A stretch of 64,000 nucleotides of DNA from positions 40,761 through 104,760 of IMG/VR virus record IMGVR_UViG_3300028591_000130; one strand, given 5' to 3'. Source of the stretch: a virus. Its lineage: Duplodnaviria > Caudoviricetes. A program made the position numbers and the translations under genes. Under the pieces are notes generated by a model that ran no database searches, was not told where the DNA came from, and saw nothing but the letters and a program-made list of their open reading frames with translations. How positions within the stretch are numbered: position 1 is the first letter of the stretch; every line of letters begins with the position of its first letter. This document shows positions 19,110 through 28,580 of this stretch, piece after piece.

Positions 19110-20873
19110 ATGTATCTTATGTCTGATCTTTTTGACAAAATATCGGCCCCTTCTTTGTCTATAGGTTCTATTTCTCAAAGCATAGACAATGACTGGCACG
19201 TTAGTGTAACTAAAGATACAACAACAAGCTGCAATAATGCCTTTAAACTTAACTTTCAAATTCCCTATGATCCTTCCTTAAAAGTTTTACGTGGCAATAA
19301 AGGCGAACAAGGTCCTGCTGCTACGATTCGACTGGGCACTGTAACAACAGGTATGTCAGCTGCTGTTACTAACACAGGCAATGAACACGACGCCATTTTT
19401 AACTTTGTTTTGCCAAAGGGCGATAAAGGGAACAAAGGTGATAAAGGCGATAAAGGAAGCAAAGGCAGCAAAGGAGACAAAGGCGATCGAGGCGAACAAG
19501 GAGCTGCTGCTGTCGTTAAGGTAGGCGACGTTGACTTCTCTACAACAGGTCTTGTCAGAGTAACTAACAGAAGCATATCAGGTATTGACGGTACTGTAGA
19601 AACACTTTTGGACTTTCATTTTCCTAAAGTCATTGTTAACTCTCTCAGCAGTTTGAGCTTCTACGGTGCAAGCAGTATTTTGTTTCCTGATAATACTACG
19701 CTTATAGAAAAATATAATGATATCAAGGCTGATATCACAAAGCTTACAACAACAATGGCAGATCAAACGATATCAATGTCGTCTGTTATTATTAATAACA
19801 ATATGACGTTACAGCAGTATCTTGAACAACAAGAAAGCAGCTATGACGCAGAACAACAAGTCTTTTCCTTATCGGTAGCAGAACCTGTCTTTGAAGGTAA
19901 CACAGTAACTGTGGCTAACATAGGCAGTGAGAGTAATCCTAATCTCTTGTTTACTTTTCCTGCTGATCTTGAAAATTTCTCTTTATCAAGCACTATACAG
20001 CAGCCTGCTTCTATGACCACTGCAATGTTTTCTTCTTGGCCTGTGTTCCTTGACGCACACGGCAATCTTAACCTTGAACAAACTAACATAGTTCCTGTAA
20101 GTCCTAACGAAGGAACTATAGGCACTTACTCGTTACCTTTTGCTAACGGTGCTTTTACACATCTTGTAATGGGAGAAAGACCTTTACTGCAAAGAGAAAT
20201 CTTTACTATCAACGGTACCTTTCAGATACCTGAAGGTGTCAACACCTTGTTTATTACTGCAGTAGCAGGAGGAGGCGGAGGTGCCATAGGTACAGGTGGT
20301 GGTGGTGGAGAAGGCTGCGTAAAACGTGTGCTTGACGTTAAGGGGTTACGATCAATTGACGTCATAGTAGGATATGGTGGTGCAGGTAACAGGATTGTTT
20401 ACGACGGTCTTAGTAACACTTTCTGTGGTACCGCTTTTAAAGGGCAAGACGGAGGCAATACTATTGTAGGATCCGTAATGTTACAAGGTGGCAAAGGTGG
20501 AAAGGTACAGTTTGATATCACACCTGTTTGGACAGTAGGAAGCAGTGGAGGCAATTACGCTTGCCACGGTGCTAACGCTACATTATTTGATATCAAACAA
20601 GATAACGTCATAACGATATCAGAAAAAGAAAACAAGACAGATATCCTTTACATTTGGAATGGCGGATCCGGAGGATCAAGCTTACTTGGATCGGGTGGTA
20701 CAGGTGGTATGATATCATATCGCAATATCATTACAAAAATAGAAGGATCTAACGGCTGCGGTTTTGGATCTGGCGGTGGCGGCGGTGCTATTGTCAAACA
20801 AGGCAATTACTTCTTGATCAACACAGCAGGAGGAACAGGGGCACCTGGTATTGCCATTATCGAATGGGAGTGA
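19110..20873 (+). CDS. Collagen-like / glycine-rich tail fibre protein
   Basis: G-X-K triplets plus C-terminal Gly-rich domain (AGGGGG...GSGGGGG...GAPGIAIIEW). Confidence 0.75.
   Translation: MYLMSDLFDKISAPSLSIGSISQSIDNDWHVSVTKDTTTSCNNAFKLNFQIPYDPSLKVLRGNKGEQGPAATIRLGTVTTGMSAAVTNTGNEHDAIFNFVLPKGDKGNKGDKGDKGSKGSKGDKGDRGEQGAAAVVKVGDVDFSTTGLVRVTNRSISGIDGTVETLLDFHFPKVIVNSLSSLSFYGASSILFPDNTTLIEKYNDIKADITKLTTTMADQTISMSSVIINNNMTLQQYLEQQESSYDAEQQVFSLSVAEPVFEGNTVTVANIGSESNPNLLFTFPADLENFSLSSTIQQPASMTTAMFSSWPVFLDAHGNLNLEQTNIVPVSPNEGTIGTYSLPFANGAFTHLVMGERPLLQREIFTINGTFQIPEGVNTLFITAVAGGGGGAIGTGGGGGEGCVKRVLDVKGLRSIDVIVGYGGAGNRIVYDGLSNTFCGTAFKGQDGGNTIVGSVMLQGGKGGKVQFDITPVWTVGSSGGNYACHGANATLFDIKQDNVITISEKENKTDILYIWNGGSGGSSLLGSGGTGGMISYRNIITKIEGSNGCGFGSGGGGGAIVKQGNYFLINTAGGTGAPGIAIIEWE
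19419..19502 (+). repeat. Collagen-like Gly-X-Y coding repeat
   Basis: GDKGNKGDKGDKGSKGSKGDKGDRGEQG. Confidence 0.85.
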
Positions 20874-20883
20874 TACTACGATT

Positions 20884-21642
20884 ATGACCAAAAAGATATT
20901 ATTTATCGGTGACGACCTGTTAGATATCAATAACGGTATTCCTACTGTAGATCAAAGCTATCTTCACTGGTTAGAACTCTTCGAAAGTCAGGTTCCATTT
21001 GCTTGTTGCTTTTTGGGACGTTGCGGTACTACAACTACGACTGTTTTGTCAGAGATAGAAACAGCTGTTGACGAACAACAACCTAATCTTGTGGTCTTTT
21101 CCTGCGGTCTTAATGATATCATAGAAGGGGTCTTACCTGCTGTTGCTGCGGTTAACGTTAGACAAATCTTTAAAAAAATTCACAACAAAGGCAAGCTTGG
21201 TTTGATGCTGTTGCCGCCTATGGAAGGTAACGATCGTAATATCATAGAAAAGAACGAACAGAGATATCAGGAATTTTCTCGAGCTTGCCTTGCCCTTAAC
21301 TTTGAACAAAGTTATGACTGCACAGTTAATCTTGCAGGACTCCATCTCGGACTAACGGGCAGTCTTGATAAAACAAATTATTATGACGATCTGCTATTGA
21401 CAGCCAAGGGACATAATCACGTTGCAGAAATTGTGATACGCTCTGTCACGAGAATTTTAAAAGATACAGACAATGATATCAGAAGTGATATCAAGATTAG
21501 CAGCAAGATTTACGCTGACAGGCTTAACAGGCGTCCTGTTCATATTAATCTTGGTACTGTTCAAGAACCTGTTTGGAAAGAACTATGGTTTAACGCCGAG
21601 AGTTTATCGTCAATTACTGTTAAACCTGAATGGAGGGCTTAA
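20884..21642 (+). CDS. SGNH/GDSL-fold protein, apparently catalytically degenerate
   Basis: ILFIGDDL (block I), GRCG (II), CGLND (III), DDLLLTAKGH (V). Start moved to ATG 20884. Confidence 0.7.
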   Translation: MTKKILFIGDDLLDINNGIPTVDQSYLHWLELFESQVPFACCFLGRCGTTTTTVLSEIETAVDEQQPNLVVFSCGLNDIIEGVLPAVAAVNVRQIFKKIHNKGKLGLMLLPPMEGNDRNIIEKNEQRYQEFSRACLALNFEQSYDCTVNLAGLHLGLTGSLDKTNYYDDLLLTAKGHNHVAEIVIRSVTRILKDTDNDIRSDIKISSKIYADRLNRRPVHINLGTVQEPVWKELWFNAESLSSITVKPEWRA

Positions 21643-21645
21643 GAT

Positions 21646-23811
21646 ATGTCATTTGCAGCAGGATTTCCTGCAATCTTTGATGACGCAACAAAAAAATGGA
21701 CAGAAATCTATATCGGAACTAAAGCCTCTGAAGTGTTCTTTTCTGATGGGCAAACCCTTGAAGAAAAAATACACAGTGGGCAATTTAACGGTAAAGACGG
21801 TATTGACGGCAAGGATGGAGTAACAACGACCATAACTGTTCCGGGAACTGTTTTTTGGAAAGAGATAGATGATATCATAACAGAAGAAAATGGCGGCCTT
21901 ATTTTTAGCAACAGTCTTAATAACGGTGCTACCTTTGTAAAGTTTCACTATAAAGATAAGCTTAAAAATGTGTATGACTGCTATGGTTACTGGATGAAAA
22001 CTGACGAAACCGGTTACGGAGTAACGGCTTCTTGGACACCTGAACACGGCGTATGGCAAATGTTCGGTCTTGCTGACGGTACTATGACTGTAGAAAGAGT
22101 ATATCCCATAGACAAAACCATATGGTTACCCGTAGGCGATATCAGTCTTAACACTGGCGGTTATGACATACACCAAAAGATCTTAAACGATGGCTTTTGC
22201 TGTTTCTCTGCGAGAATAGCAGGACGCAACGGTTATGGATGGTGGCTTCGTAACGAGACAGAAGGATCTGGTTTCTTCTTTGACCTTACAAACAATATCT
22301 ATCTTATCTGGAAAGACAATATTACCTTAAAAGGTAAGTTGATATCGCAGGGTACACAAAGTACTGTTATCAAGGACTTTGAAACATTCTCTTGGAAAGA
22401 AGTTAAGATATCAACTCATGACGGCGGTAAGATATTAAGAGAAAACACTGCACAAGGTTTTAACTGTGTGAAGGCAATTGTAGATAACGTTAACAGCTTT
22501 GGTTGGTGGCTTAACTATAACGCCCTTTACGGTATAGGTTTATTTCTGTCTTATTCTGTCTCTGACGTTGATATCTGGATTGGTTACTCTTTTGGTGAAG
22601 ATCTTTTGCATCGCTTTTCCGTTTTTGGCGTTGATACCGGTACTATAGACACAGCGTCTCTTAACAGTATAGTCAGTAAGGCTAAAATGTCTATTATTCC
22701 CCAAAACGTTACAAGCAGTAACGAAGATAAAATGTTAAGTAATTTGTTAGACCTCAACGAAGGTGCTAACGTTATCCAAGGAAAGTTTAAGAATAAAGAC
22801 AGTATGGGTTTGTGGTTTAACACGAAGCCTCAAGGAACAAAGCGACAAGGGTCAGGTTTAATCTTTTCTGATAACAGTATATCGTGGGTTAGCGGCAATA
22901 ACGACAAAAAATTTATTGTACAACAATTATTTTCTCTTGCAGAAACTTCTAATGATATCAACTTAACAAGCAGCACCGGTATAACCAATCTTGGTTACGT
23001 TAACGTTAATAAAAGTAACGCTACGACAGGAAATACTGCTGCAGTGTTTGATATCTTACCTGACGGATTTAATCCCGTTAAATTCTTTCTTGTCCTTTCT
23101 GACGGTTCAGTTGAACGTTGTAACGGATTTTGGGTTAAGACAGGAGCAACAGGTATAGGGCTGCTTATAACTAATGACGACACAAGTTCTTCTGTAGCCA
23201 AGAGTTGTTGGACTGCTGTTAAGACAGGAATGTCACTTCAGTTTACAAGAGTATGGCCTGCAGACAGCAGTAACGCTTCTTTTGTTACCTTGTTGAAAGA
23301 TGTAGGTTCGATTTCAGAAATCAAAGGTAAAGATATCAACAATTGTCTTGTTAAAAATGGCGTTCACGCGTTAAAGATTAACGTTAGTGGCAAATCCTAT
23401 ACAGGTATGTGGTTAAAGGCAGATGACAGTAACGGCTTTGGTTACTTTGTAGACAGCAAAGGAGAACCTTACACTTTTACTAAGACCGACGAACAACGAA
23501 AACTTTTAATTCAACCCATAAGAGCTGATACAAGCAACCTTGTAGGTTTCAAAAAAAAAGGTAGCATATTAGAGATATCAGGTGACGCAGCAAAGACCAT
23601 AAACTTTACTGACGTTATGTCTAACCTTGCTGTAGGTGAGTATATCGACTTAACAGCTAAGATCTTGTACGAAGAGAAGATTCTTGACTGCGAAGGTTCA
23701 TTCATAAAAATGACTGATAAGTATGGTACGGGTATCTTGTATAACTCTATGAACAAGCTACGCTTTACACTGTCGGTCTATAACAACAAAGGTAAACTTA
23801 GTTTATCGTAA
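21646..23811 (+). CDS. Putative fibre/adhesin protein with about 7 internal repeats
   Basis: N-terminal SEVFFSDGQTLEEK and GKDG motifs; repeated G..VK...GxWxKxxxxGxG units. Confidence 0.6.
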   Translation: MSFAAGFPAIFDDATKKWTEIYIGTKASEVFFSDGQTLEEKIHSGQFNGKDGIDGKDGVTTTITVPGTVFWKEIDDIITEENGGLIFSNSLNNGATFVKFHYKDKLKNVYDCYGYWMKTDETGYGVTASWTPEHGVWQMFGLADGTMTVERVYPIDKTIWLPVGDISLNTGGYDIHQKILNDGFCCFSARIAGRNGYGWWLRNETEGSGFFFDLTNNIYLIWKDNITLKGKLISQGTQSTVIKDFETFSWKEVKISTHDGGKILRENTAQGFNCVKAIVDNVNSFGWWLNYNALYGIGLFLSYSVSDVDIWIGYSFGEDLLHRFSVFGVDTGTIDTASLNSIVSKAKMSIIPQNVTSSNEDKMLSNLLDLNEGANVIQGKFKNKDSMGLWFNTKPQGTKRQGSGLIFSDNSISWVSGNNDKKFIVQQLFSLAETSNDINLTSSTGITNLGYVNVNKSNATTGNTAAVFDILPDGFNPVKFFLVLSDGSVERCNGFWVKTGATGIGLLITNDDTSSSVAKSCWTAVKTGMSLQFTRVWPADSSNASFVTLLKDVGSISEIKGKDINNCLVKNGVHALKINVSGKSYTGMWLKADDSNGFGYFVDSKGEPYTFTKTDEQRKLLIQPIRADTSNLVGFKKKGSILEISGDAAKTINFTDVMSNLAVGEYIDLTAKILYEEKILDCEGSFIKMTDKYGTGILYNSMNKLRFTLSVYNNKGKLSLS

Positions 23812-23824
23812 AGGAGGTGTTACC

Positions 23825-24679
23825 TTGTTAAGCTTATCGTTGCTTGTTCAACAAATGCAGTTGCAGCTTGCAGAAATTCAAAGACGACTTGACGCAGGCG
23901 AAGGCACGTCAACACAAACTGGCAGTACAACCCCTTCAGCAGAAACTGTAAGCAGTTTTGACTTATCCAATATCAAGGTACGTCCTCGTATCTTCTATAC
24001 GGATGAGTATCCTACAGTAGAACTGGAACAGGAAGACAATAATATCTTTTTTAAGTTTACACTGCCAAGACCTATAGACAGTGCAGAAAGATTTGGCGTT
24101 ATAGTAGCAGAAACTATGACAGAAGACAGAGTGCAAGTAGTGCCGTTAAAAACAAGTGAAATAAAAAGTATACCCCTTAACGATAAACCGGTATTCCCTG
24201 TTATAGTTTTTGTAGGCGGTTACAGTTACGTTGAAGCTTATAAAGACAGTCCAAGATCTGCTGTAGCTCCATTTATCGTTGACAGAGAAAACAAAAAGAT
24301 TTTGTGGTACAGCACTAACGCACGTCGTGCCCTTAAAAATGACTTGGCTGAGTGCGCTTTTATCCTTTATAAAGTTGCTGTTACTACAGAAACTGTCAGA
24401 CACCGTATAGATATATCAACCTTAATTACCAATAACAGCTTTACGCTGCCTTCTGTTCCTACTAACGACGAAGTTACTATCATTATTAACGGTATCTACT
24501 ATCATGAAAAAACTGATATCTATCTGCCCGGTACAAGTGTAGCAAGAAGACAGTTTATGGTACAGCGTACAACTACGCCTGCAGTCATTTACTGGAATTC
24601 TGACGTTACAGGATTTTCCTTAAACAGCAACCTTACAGGTTATATCGACGTGTTGTATAAGATCCAAATTGATATCTGA
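23825..24679 (+). CDS. Putative virion protein
   Basis: Two copies of the L..P...V(F/I)(V/I)(N/G)G module; AGGAGG RBS. Confidence 0.55.
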   Translation: MLSLSLLVQQMQLQLAEIQRRLDAGEGTSTQTGSTTPSAETVSSFDLSNIKVRPRIFYTDEYPTVELEQEDNNIFFKFTLPRPIDSAERFGVIVAETMTEDRVQVVPLKTSEIKSIPLNDKPVFPVIVFVGGYSYVEAYKDSPRSAVAPFIVDRENKKILWYSTNARRALKNDLAECAFILYKVAVTTETVRHRIDISTLITNNSFTLPSVPTNDEVTIIINGIYYHEKTDIYLPGTSVARRQFMVQRTTTPAVIYWNSDVTGFSLNSNLTGYIDVLYKIQIDI

Positions 24680-24697
24680 ACAACGATAGTTATCAAG

Positions 24698-24723
24698 AAG
24701 AGGACTTAACAGTCCTCTTTTTT
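24698..24723 (+). terminator. Rho-independent terminator
   Basis: AAGAGGACT-TAAC-AGTCCTCTT followed by a T run. Confidence 0.8.
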
Positions 24724-24759
24724 CTAAGGTAGTGATATCAAAGAAAGGAGGTTATATCT

Positions 24760-27700
24760 TTGGCAACACCTTACGACTTTGACTGTAACTGTGACAAAGA
24801 CTTTTTCGGACGCCTTTCTTCGATGTTTCTTAATCGTGATTTACACAATGTCTATGAGGCAGTTAAACACCTGATTGATTATCCTGATAAAGAAACTGCT
24901 ACACCTGTTGCAAACCACCTTAGTTCTCTGTGGTTCGACAGACGTACTAACCAACTCTATTCATGGATAGGACAAGGTAACCAAAATGATAAGGCAAGAA
25001 ATGGATGGCTGCCTGTCTTTCAAAAAAAGTTTCAGATCTTTGATACTATGACGTCTGAAGCACCTGACGCTAACCCTATCAAGGGACAGCTTTGGATCTA
25101 TAACGATGTCTTGCTGTTTTTTGACGGTGCTTCATGGAAGCCGGTCAGAGCACTGGAACAATCTGAGTCACAGTTTAACACAGCTATGTTTGCTGACTTT
25201 ATGATAGCCTCACCTCTTAACAGAATGGGATCTGCAGTGATATCAGACTTTGAGCTGGAAGCTTATCTTGAATTTCAAAGAAGATATCTTGAAAATGACC
25301 TTGATATCAGAAACAATGCTGATATGTCTATAGGAAAAAGATGGGACTGGGGCGATATCAAAAAGCATGAACATATTTCTATCGGCTTTGACGCTAAAGA
25401 TATTGTCTACCAATACCTTGTTCCTAACATAAAACTTGATCGTATCTTTGTTGACGATCGTCTAGATACTAACTACGTTACTCAAAACAACTGCACCATA
25501 CAGTATAAAAGGTCATTCTTACTGGAAGAAGATCCTATCTATGATGACGATACACCTGTAGTAGCCCACGTTAAGGTGCCGTCTCTTGTTCACGTTAATC
25601 CAAGCAAGATATCGGGAATGACAAAAAGACTGATCAAGGTAGATCGTACCAATCCAAAAATTTACTGTTCTGCACACAATACCGAGTTTTACGGTTACTA
25701 CCCGGGTGATATCAAAGGACACTTTTTAAGACCTTGTAAGCCTGTAGAACAGAATATCCAAGAGAATCAACAGATCCAAGATCATATGGCTAAGAACAAC
25801 GAAATTCTTGAGCAATATGCTTACGGTATGGCTGATATCATAAAGAATACTTTGCTAAAAAGAGAAGGCGATTACGAGATATCAGATAACTGCATTATCC
25901 TTTCTGATAAGGCTTCACAACAGTACAGTTACATTCTTGCAGTAACCTTTTCTTTCTCTTGGATTAACGCTAAAGGTAACTTAAAAAAGTGTGACAGCAA
26001 AACAGGATCTTCTTCCTTTTACGTACCTGATCGTTTAGGTGCTGTTAATATTTTTATCAACGGCTTTGACTATGAAAACAGCTATTACTCTTTTGACTCT
26101 GAAAACAAAGTAGTTACCGTAGCTGAAGATATTTCTGACAAAGAAAAATATGATATCTCCGTTATGAGTGTTTTTAAACACGAGTACGGATTTATAAGGG
26201 AAGTTAATATCGCAACTGACAACAGAACTGCTTATATCTCTACGATTACAACATTTAAGCACCCGCTTGTCTTTGTTAATGGTGAAGCACTATGTCGATC
26301 TCAGTGGAGCTACTATAATAAAGAGACTTTACGAGATAACGAACCTTCCAAGCTATGCTTTAAGATACCGGGTGTTAAGAAAGACATGTGCTGGACCATT
26401 ATCGATATGTGCAATGAAACACCTGTCTATGACGAGAATGGTATTTTAACAGACACTGTTATAACTGATATCTGCATAGAAGATAACGGTTATATTCCGT
26501 TAACTCAATATGCTGTGGATAGTTTCGGCAATCCTGCGATAAGGATACCAAGTAATATAAAGATATCTTACGTTACAAAAAATACTCTGACCGTATACAG
26601 AGAACCTAAAGTAATTCTGTTTGTTAACGGGCTTATGATTAAGAAGGAAGACGTCAAGTATGATTTCTCTCTTAACGTTATAACCTGTAACGGATTAAAA
26701 CCCGGTATGCATTACGTATTACTTAACGATACCGACGACAGTCTGTATACCGAAGATATGGAAAATGGTATTATGCCTGCGTTATCTTTAGGCAAGATCG
26801 ACGAAACACTTGTTTATCATAACGGATTCTTACTGAACGAAAAGGGCTCTTACGAAACTAACGCTAACAGAGAAGCGGCCAAAACTAGTGCAGTACACGG
26901 CGAAGTTAGGGAATTTACCGAAAATAATACCTGGGCAATTTTTGACGCTACTGACGCAGATCCTGGCTCCGGTATTTACGGTGTTTGGAAAGAACTGACA
27001 GACAAAGACATTGCTGATATCAAAAGTTTTAGTAACTCATATACTAATACCCGTACTGCCATAGCATTAGCCAAACAGATCTCTACAAGATCTGATAACC
27101 AGATTGTCGTGTTTGGATATCAGCTTGCAGGCTTAATTGAAAATCCAGTTACACCTGTTAACTACTTTTTACACCTGAACGACAACGGCAGTATATTCCT
27201 AAAAGAAGCAGGATACAGTAATGATTTTCTGCCGATAGTTCAAGCAGATAAGGCAAATGCTGTTTATTGTAACAAACTTAATCCGTCAGATCCAACGTTG
27301 ATATCAGACTATAAGGAAAACAGATACTCTTACTACTATTTCTTGTTACAACAATTTAACAGATGGAAAGAACAAAGGAGTATTACAGGAAAGATATCCG
27401 ATGCTGCACTTGTAGCACAATATCTCTCTGACGCACAATCTAAACCTATAACGTTATCAGGATATTTTTACGAAGAAGTCTACATGCGCAATGACGCAGA
27501 CAAGGAACAATACTTGTTATTAAAAGACAAAGGTCTTGGATCCCTGTGGGTTAACAAAATGTTCTTAGGCAAGGATTTCGATCCTAATCATGATTACGTA
27601 GCTGTATGGATTAATGGTATCAGACAATATCCTAATATCCATTACGTTATCGAACCGGTTTACTACGAAGAACGAGGCGAAAATATCTTTAAGGGATACA

Positions 27701-28572
27701 ACCTTGTTTTTGGATATCTTCAAGGTAATAGCGTAGTTAAGACGGTTAGTGTAGAAGGCTTTGTTGATACACCTGTAGGTGAAGGACACAGGCTACCCGA
27801 ACGTTTTAGAGAAGAGCCATTAACCGGACTCGTGTCATACGTTATCTATCGTGCTGACAAAGGTGACGGCAAAGTATGCCGCTACACAATTCTTGACGAC
27901 AAAAATATGATATCAGGGCACCAAAATGTCTACACTACACGTGACGTTACAAACAAGAACGTCGACAAATATTCTTTTGTAAGAGACACAAGCCAAGACT
28001 TTTCTCTTTATCCCGGTACGGTAACTGTTTACGTTGACGGTATAAGACTACCTAAGGAAGCCTATACAATCTTAGATAACTACACTTTTGTTATTCATGA
28101 CTTTGTTCCTTGGGTAGGTGGTAACAGATATCCTAACGAAAAGTATCTTGATCACAACGAGACCTTACAAACGTTTAGGCACCTTCAGCCTGAAAGATTA
28201 CTGGTGGAAGTCAGAGATGACCCTAAGATAACAGAAAGAACTGTTACGGTTAATAATAACTTTACGGGTAATCTTTATATCTATGACGAGAACGTCAATC
28301 TTCCTTATAGTATTTTAGATACACAAGATACTATTATGATTTTTGTTGACGGTATGTTTTACGGTTTATCTCAAAATGACGGCTACGTTATTAGCAAGAC
28401 GTCAAGTACGATATCACTTAATGACAACAGTGTTATTTCTGCTATCAGAGAAGATAACCTTGAACAGTACAGCGCTATAGTTGATATCAGAGATATCAGA
28501 AAAGAAGAATTGAATGCTTATAAGCTAAGACGTTCCAATAAGCAACACCAAATTACTATGGAATGGAGGTAA
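24760..28572 (+). CDS. Large putative baseplate/virion protein
   Basis: 1270 aa with many IFING/VFVNG/LFVNG/VWING/VYVDG/IFVDG beta modules. Confidence 0.6.
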   Translation: MATPYDFDCNCDKDFFGRLSSMFLNRDLHNVYEAVKHLIDYPDKETATPVANHLSSLWFDRRTNQLYSWIGQGNQNDKARNGWLPVFQKKFQIFDTMTSEAPDANPIKGQLWIYNDVLLFFDGASWKPVRALEQSESQFNTAMFADFMIASPLNRMGSAVISDFELEAYLEFQRRYLENDLDIRNNADMSIGKRWDWGDIKKHEHISIGFDAKDIVYQYLVPNIKLDRIFVDDRLDTNYVTQNNCTIQYKRSFLLEEDPIYDDDTPVVAHVKVPSLVHVNPSKISGMTKRLIKVDRTNPKIYCSAHNTEFYGYYPGDIKGHFLRPCKPVEQNIQENQQIQDHMAKNNEILEQYAYGMADIIKNTLLKREGDYEISDNCIILSDKASQQYSYILAVTFSFSWINAKGNLKKCDSKTGSSSFYVPDRLGAVNIFINGFDYENSYYSFDSENKVVTVAEDISDKEKYDISVMSVFKHEYGFIREVNIATDNRTAYISTITTFKHPLVFVNGEALCRSQWSYYNKETLRDNEPSKLCFKIPGVKKDMCWTIIDMCNETPVYDENGILTDTVITDICIEDNGYIPLTQYAVDSFGNPAIRIPSNIKISYVTKNTLTVYREPKVILFVNGLMIKKEDVKYDFSLNVITCNGLKPGMHYVLLNDTDDSLYTEDMENGIMPALSLGKIDETLVYHNGFLLNEKGSYETNANREAAKTSAVHGEVREFTENNTWAIFDATDADPGSGIYGVWKELTDKDIADIKSFSNSYTNTRTAIALAKQISTRSDNQIVVFGYQLAGLIENPVTPVNYFLHLNDNGSIFLKEAGYSNDFLPIVQADKANAVYCNKLNPSDPTLISDYKENRYSYYYFLLQQFNRWKEQRSITGKISDAALVAQYLSDAQSKPITLSGYFYEEVYMRNDADKEQYLLLKDKGLGSLWVNKMFLGKDFDPNHDYVAVWINGIRQYPNIHYVIEPVYYEERGENIFKGYNLVFGYLQGNSVVKTVSVEGFVDTPVGEGHRLPERFREEPLTGLVSYVIYRADKGDGKVCRYTILDDKNMISGHQNVYTTRDVTNKNVDKYSFVRDTSQDFSLYPGTVTVYVDGIRLPKEAYTILDNYTFVIHDFVPWVGGNRYPNEKYLDHNETLQTFRHLQPERLLVEVRDDPKITERTVTVNNNFTGNLYIYDENVNLPYSILDTQDTIMIFVDGMFYGLSQNDGYVISKTSSTISLNDNSVISAIREDNLEQYSAIVDIRDIRKEELNAYKLRRSNKQHQITMEWR

Positions 28573-28580
28573 AGCAGACA

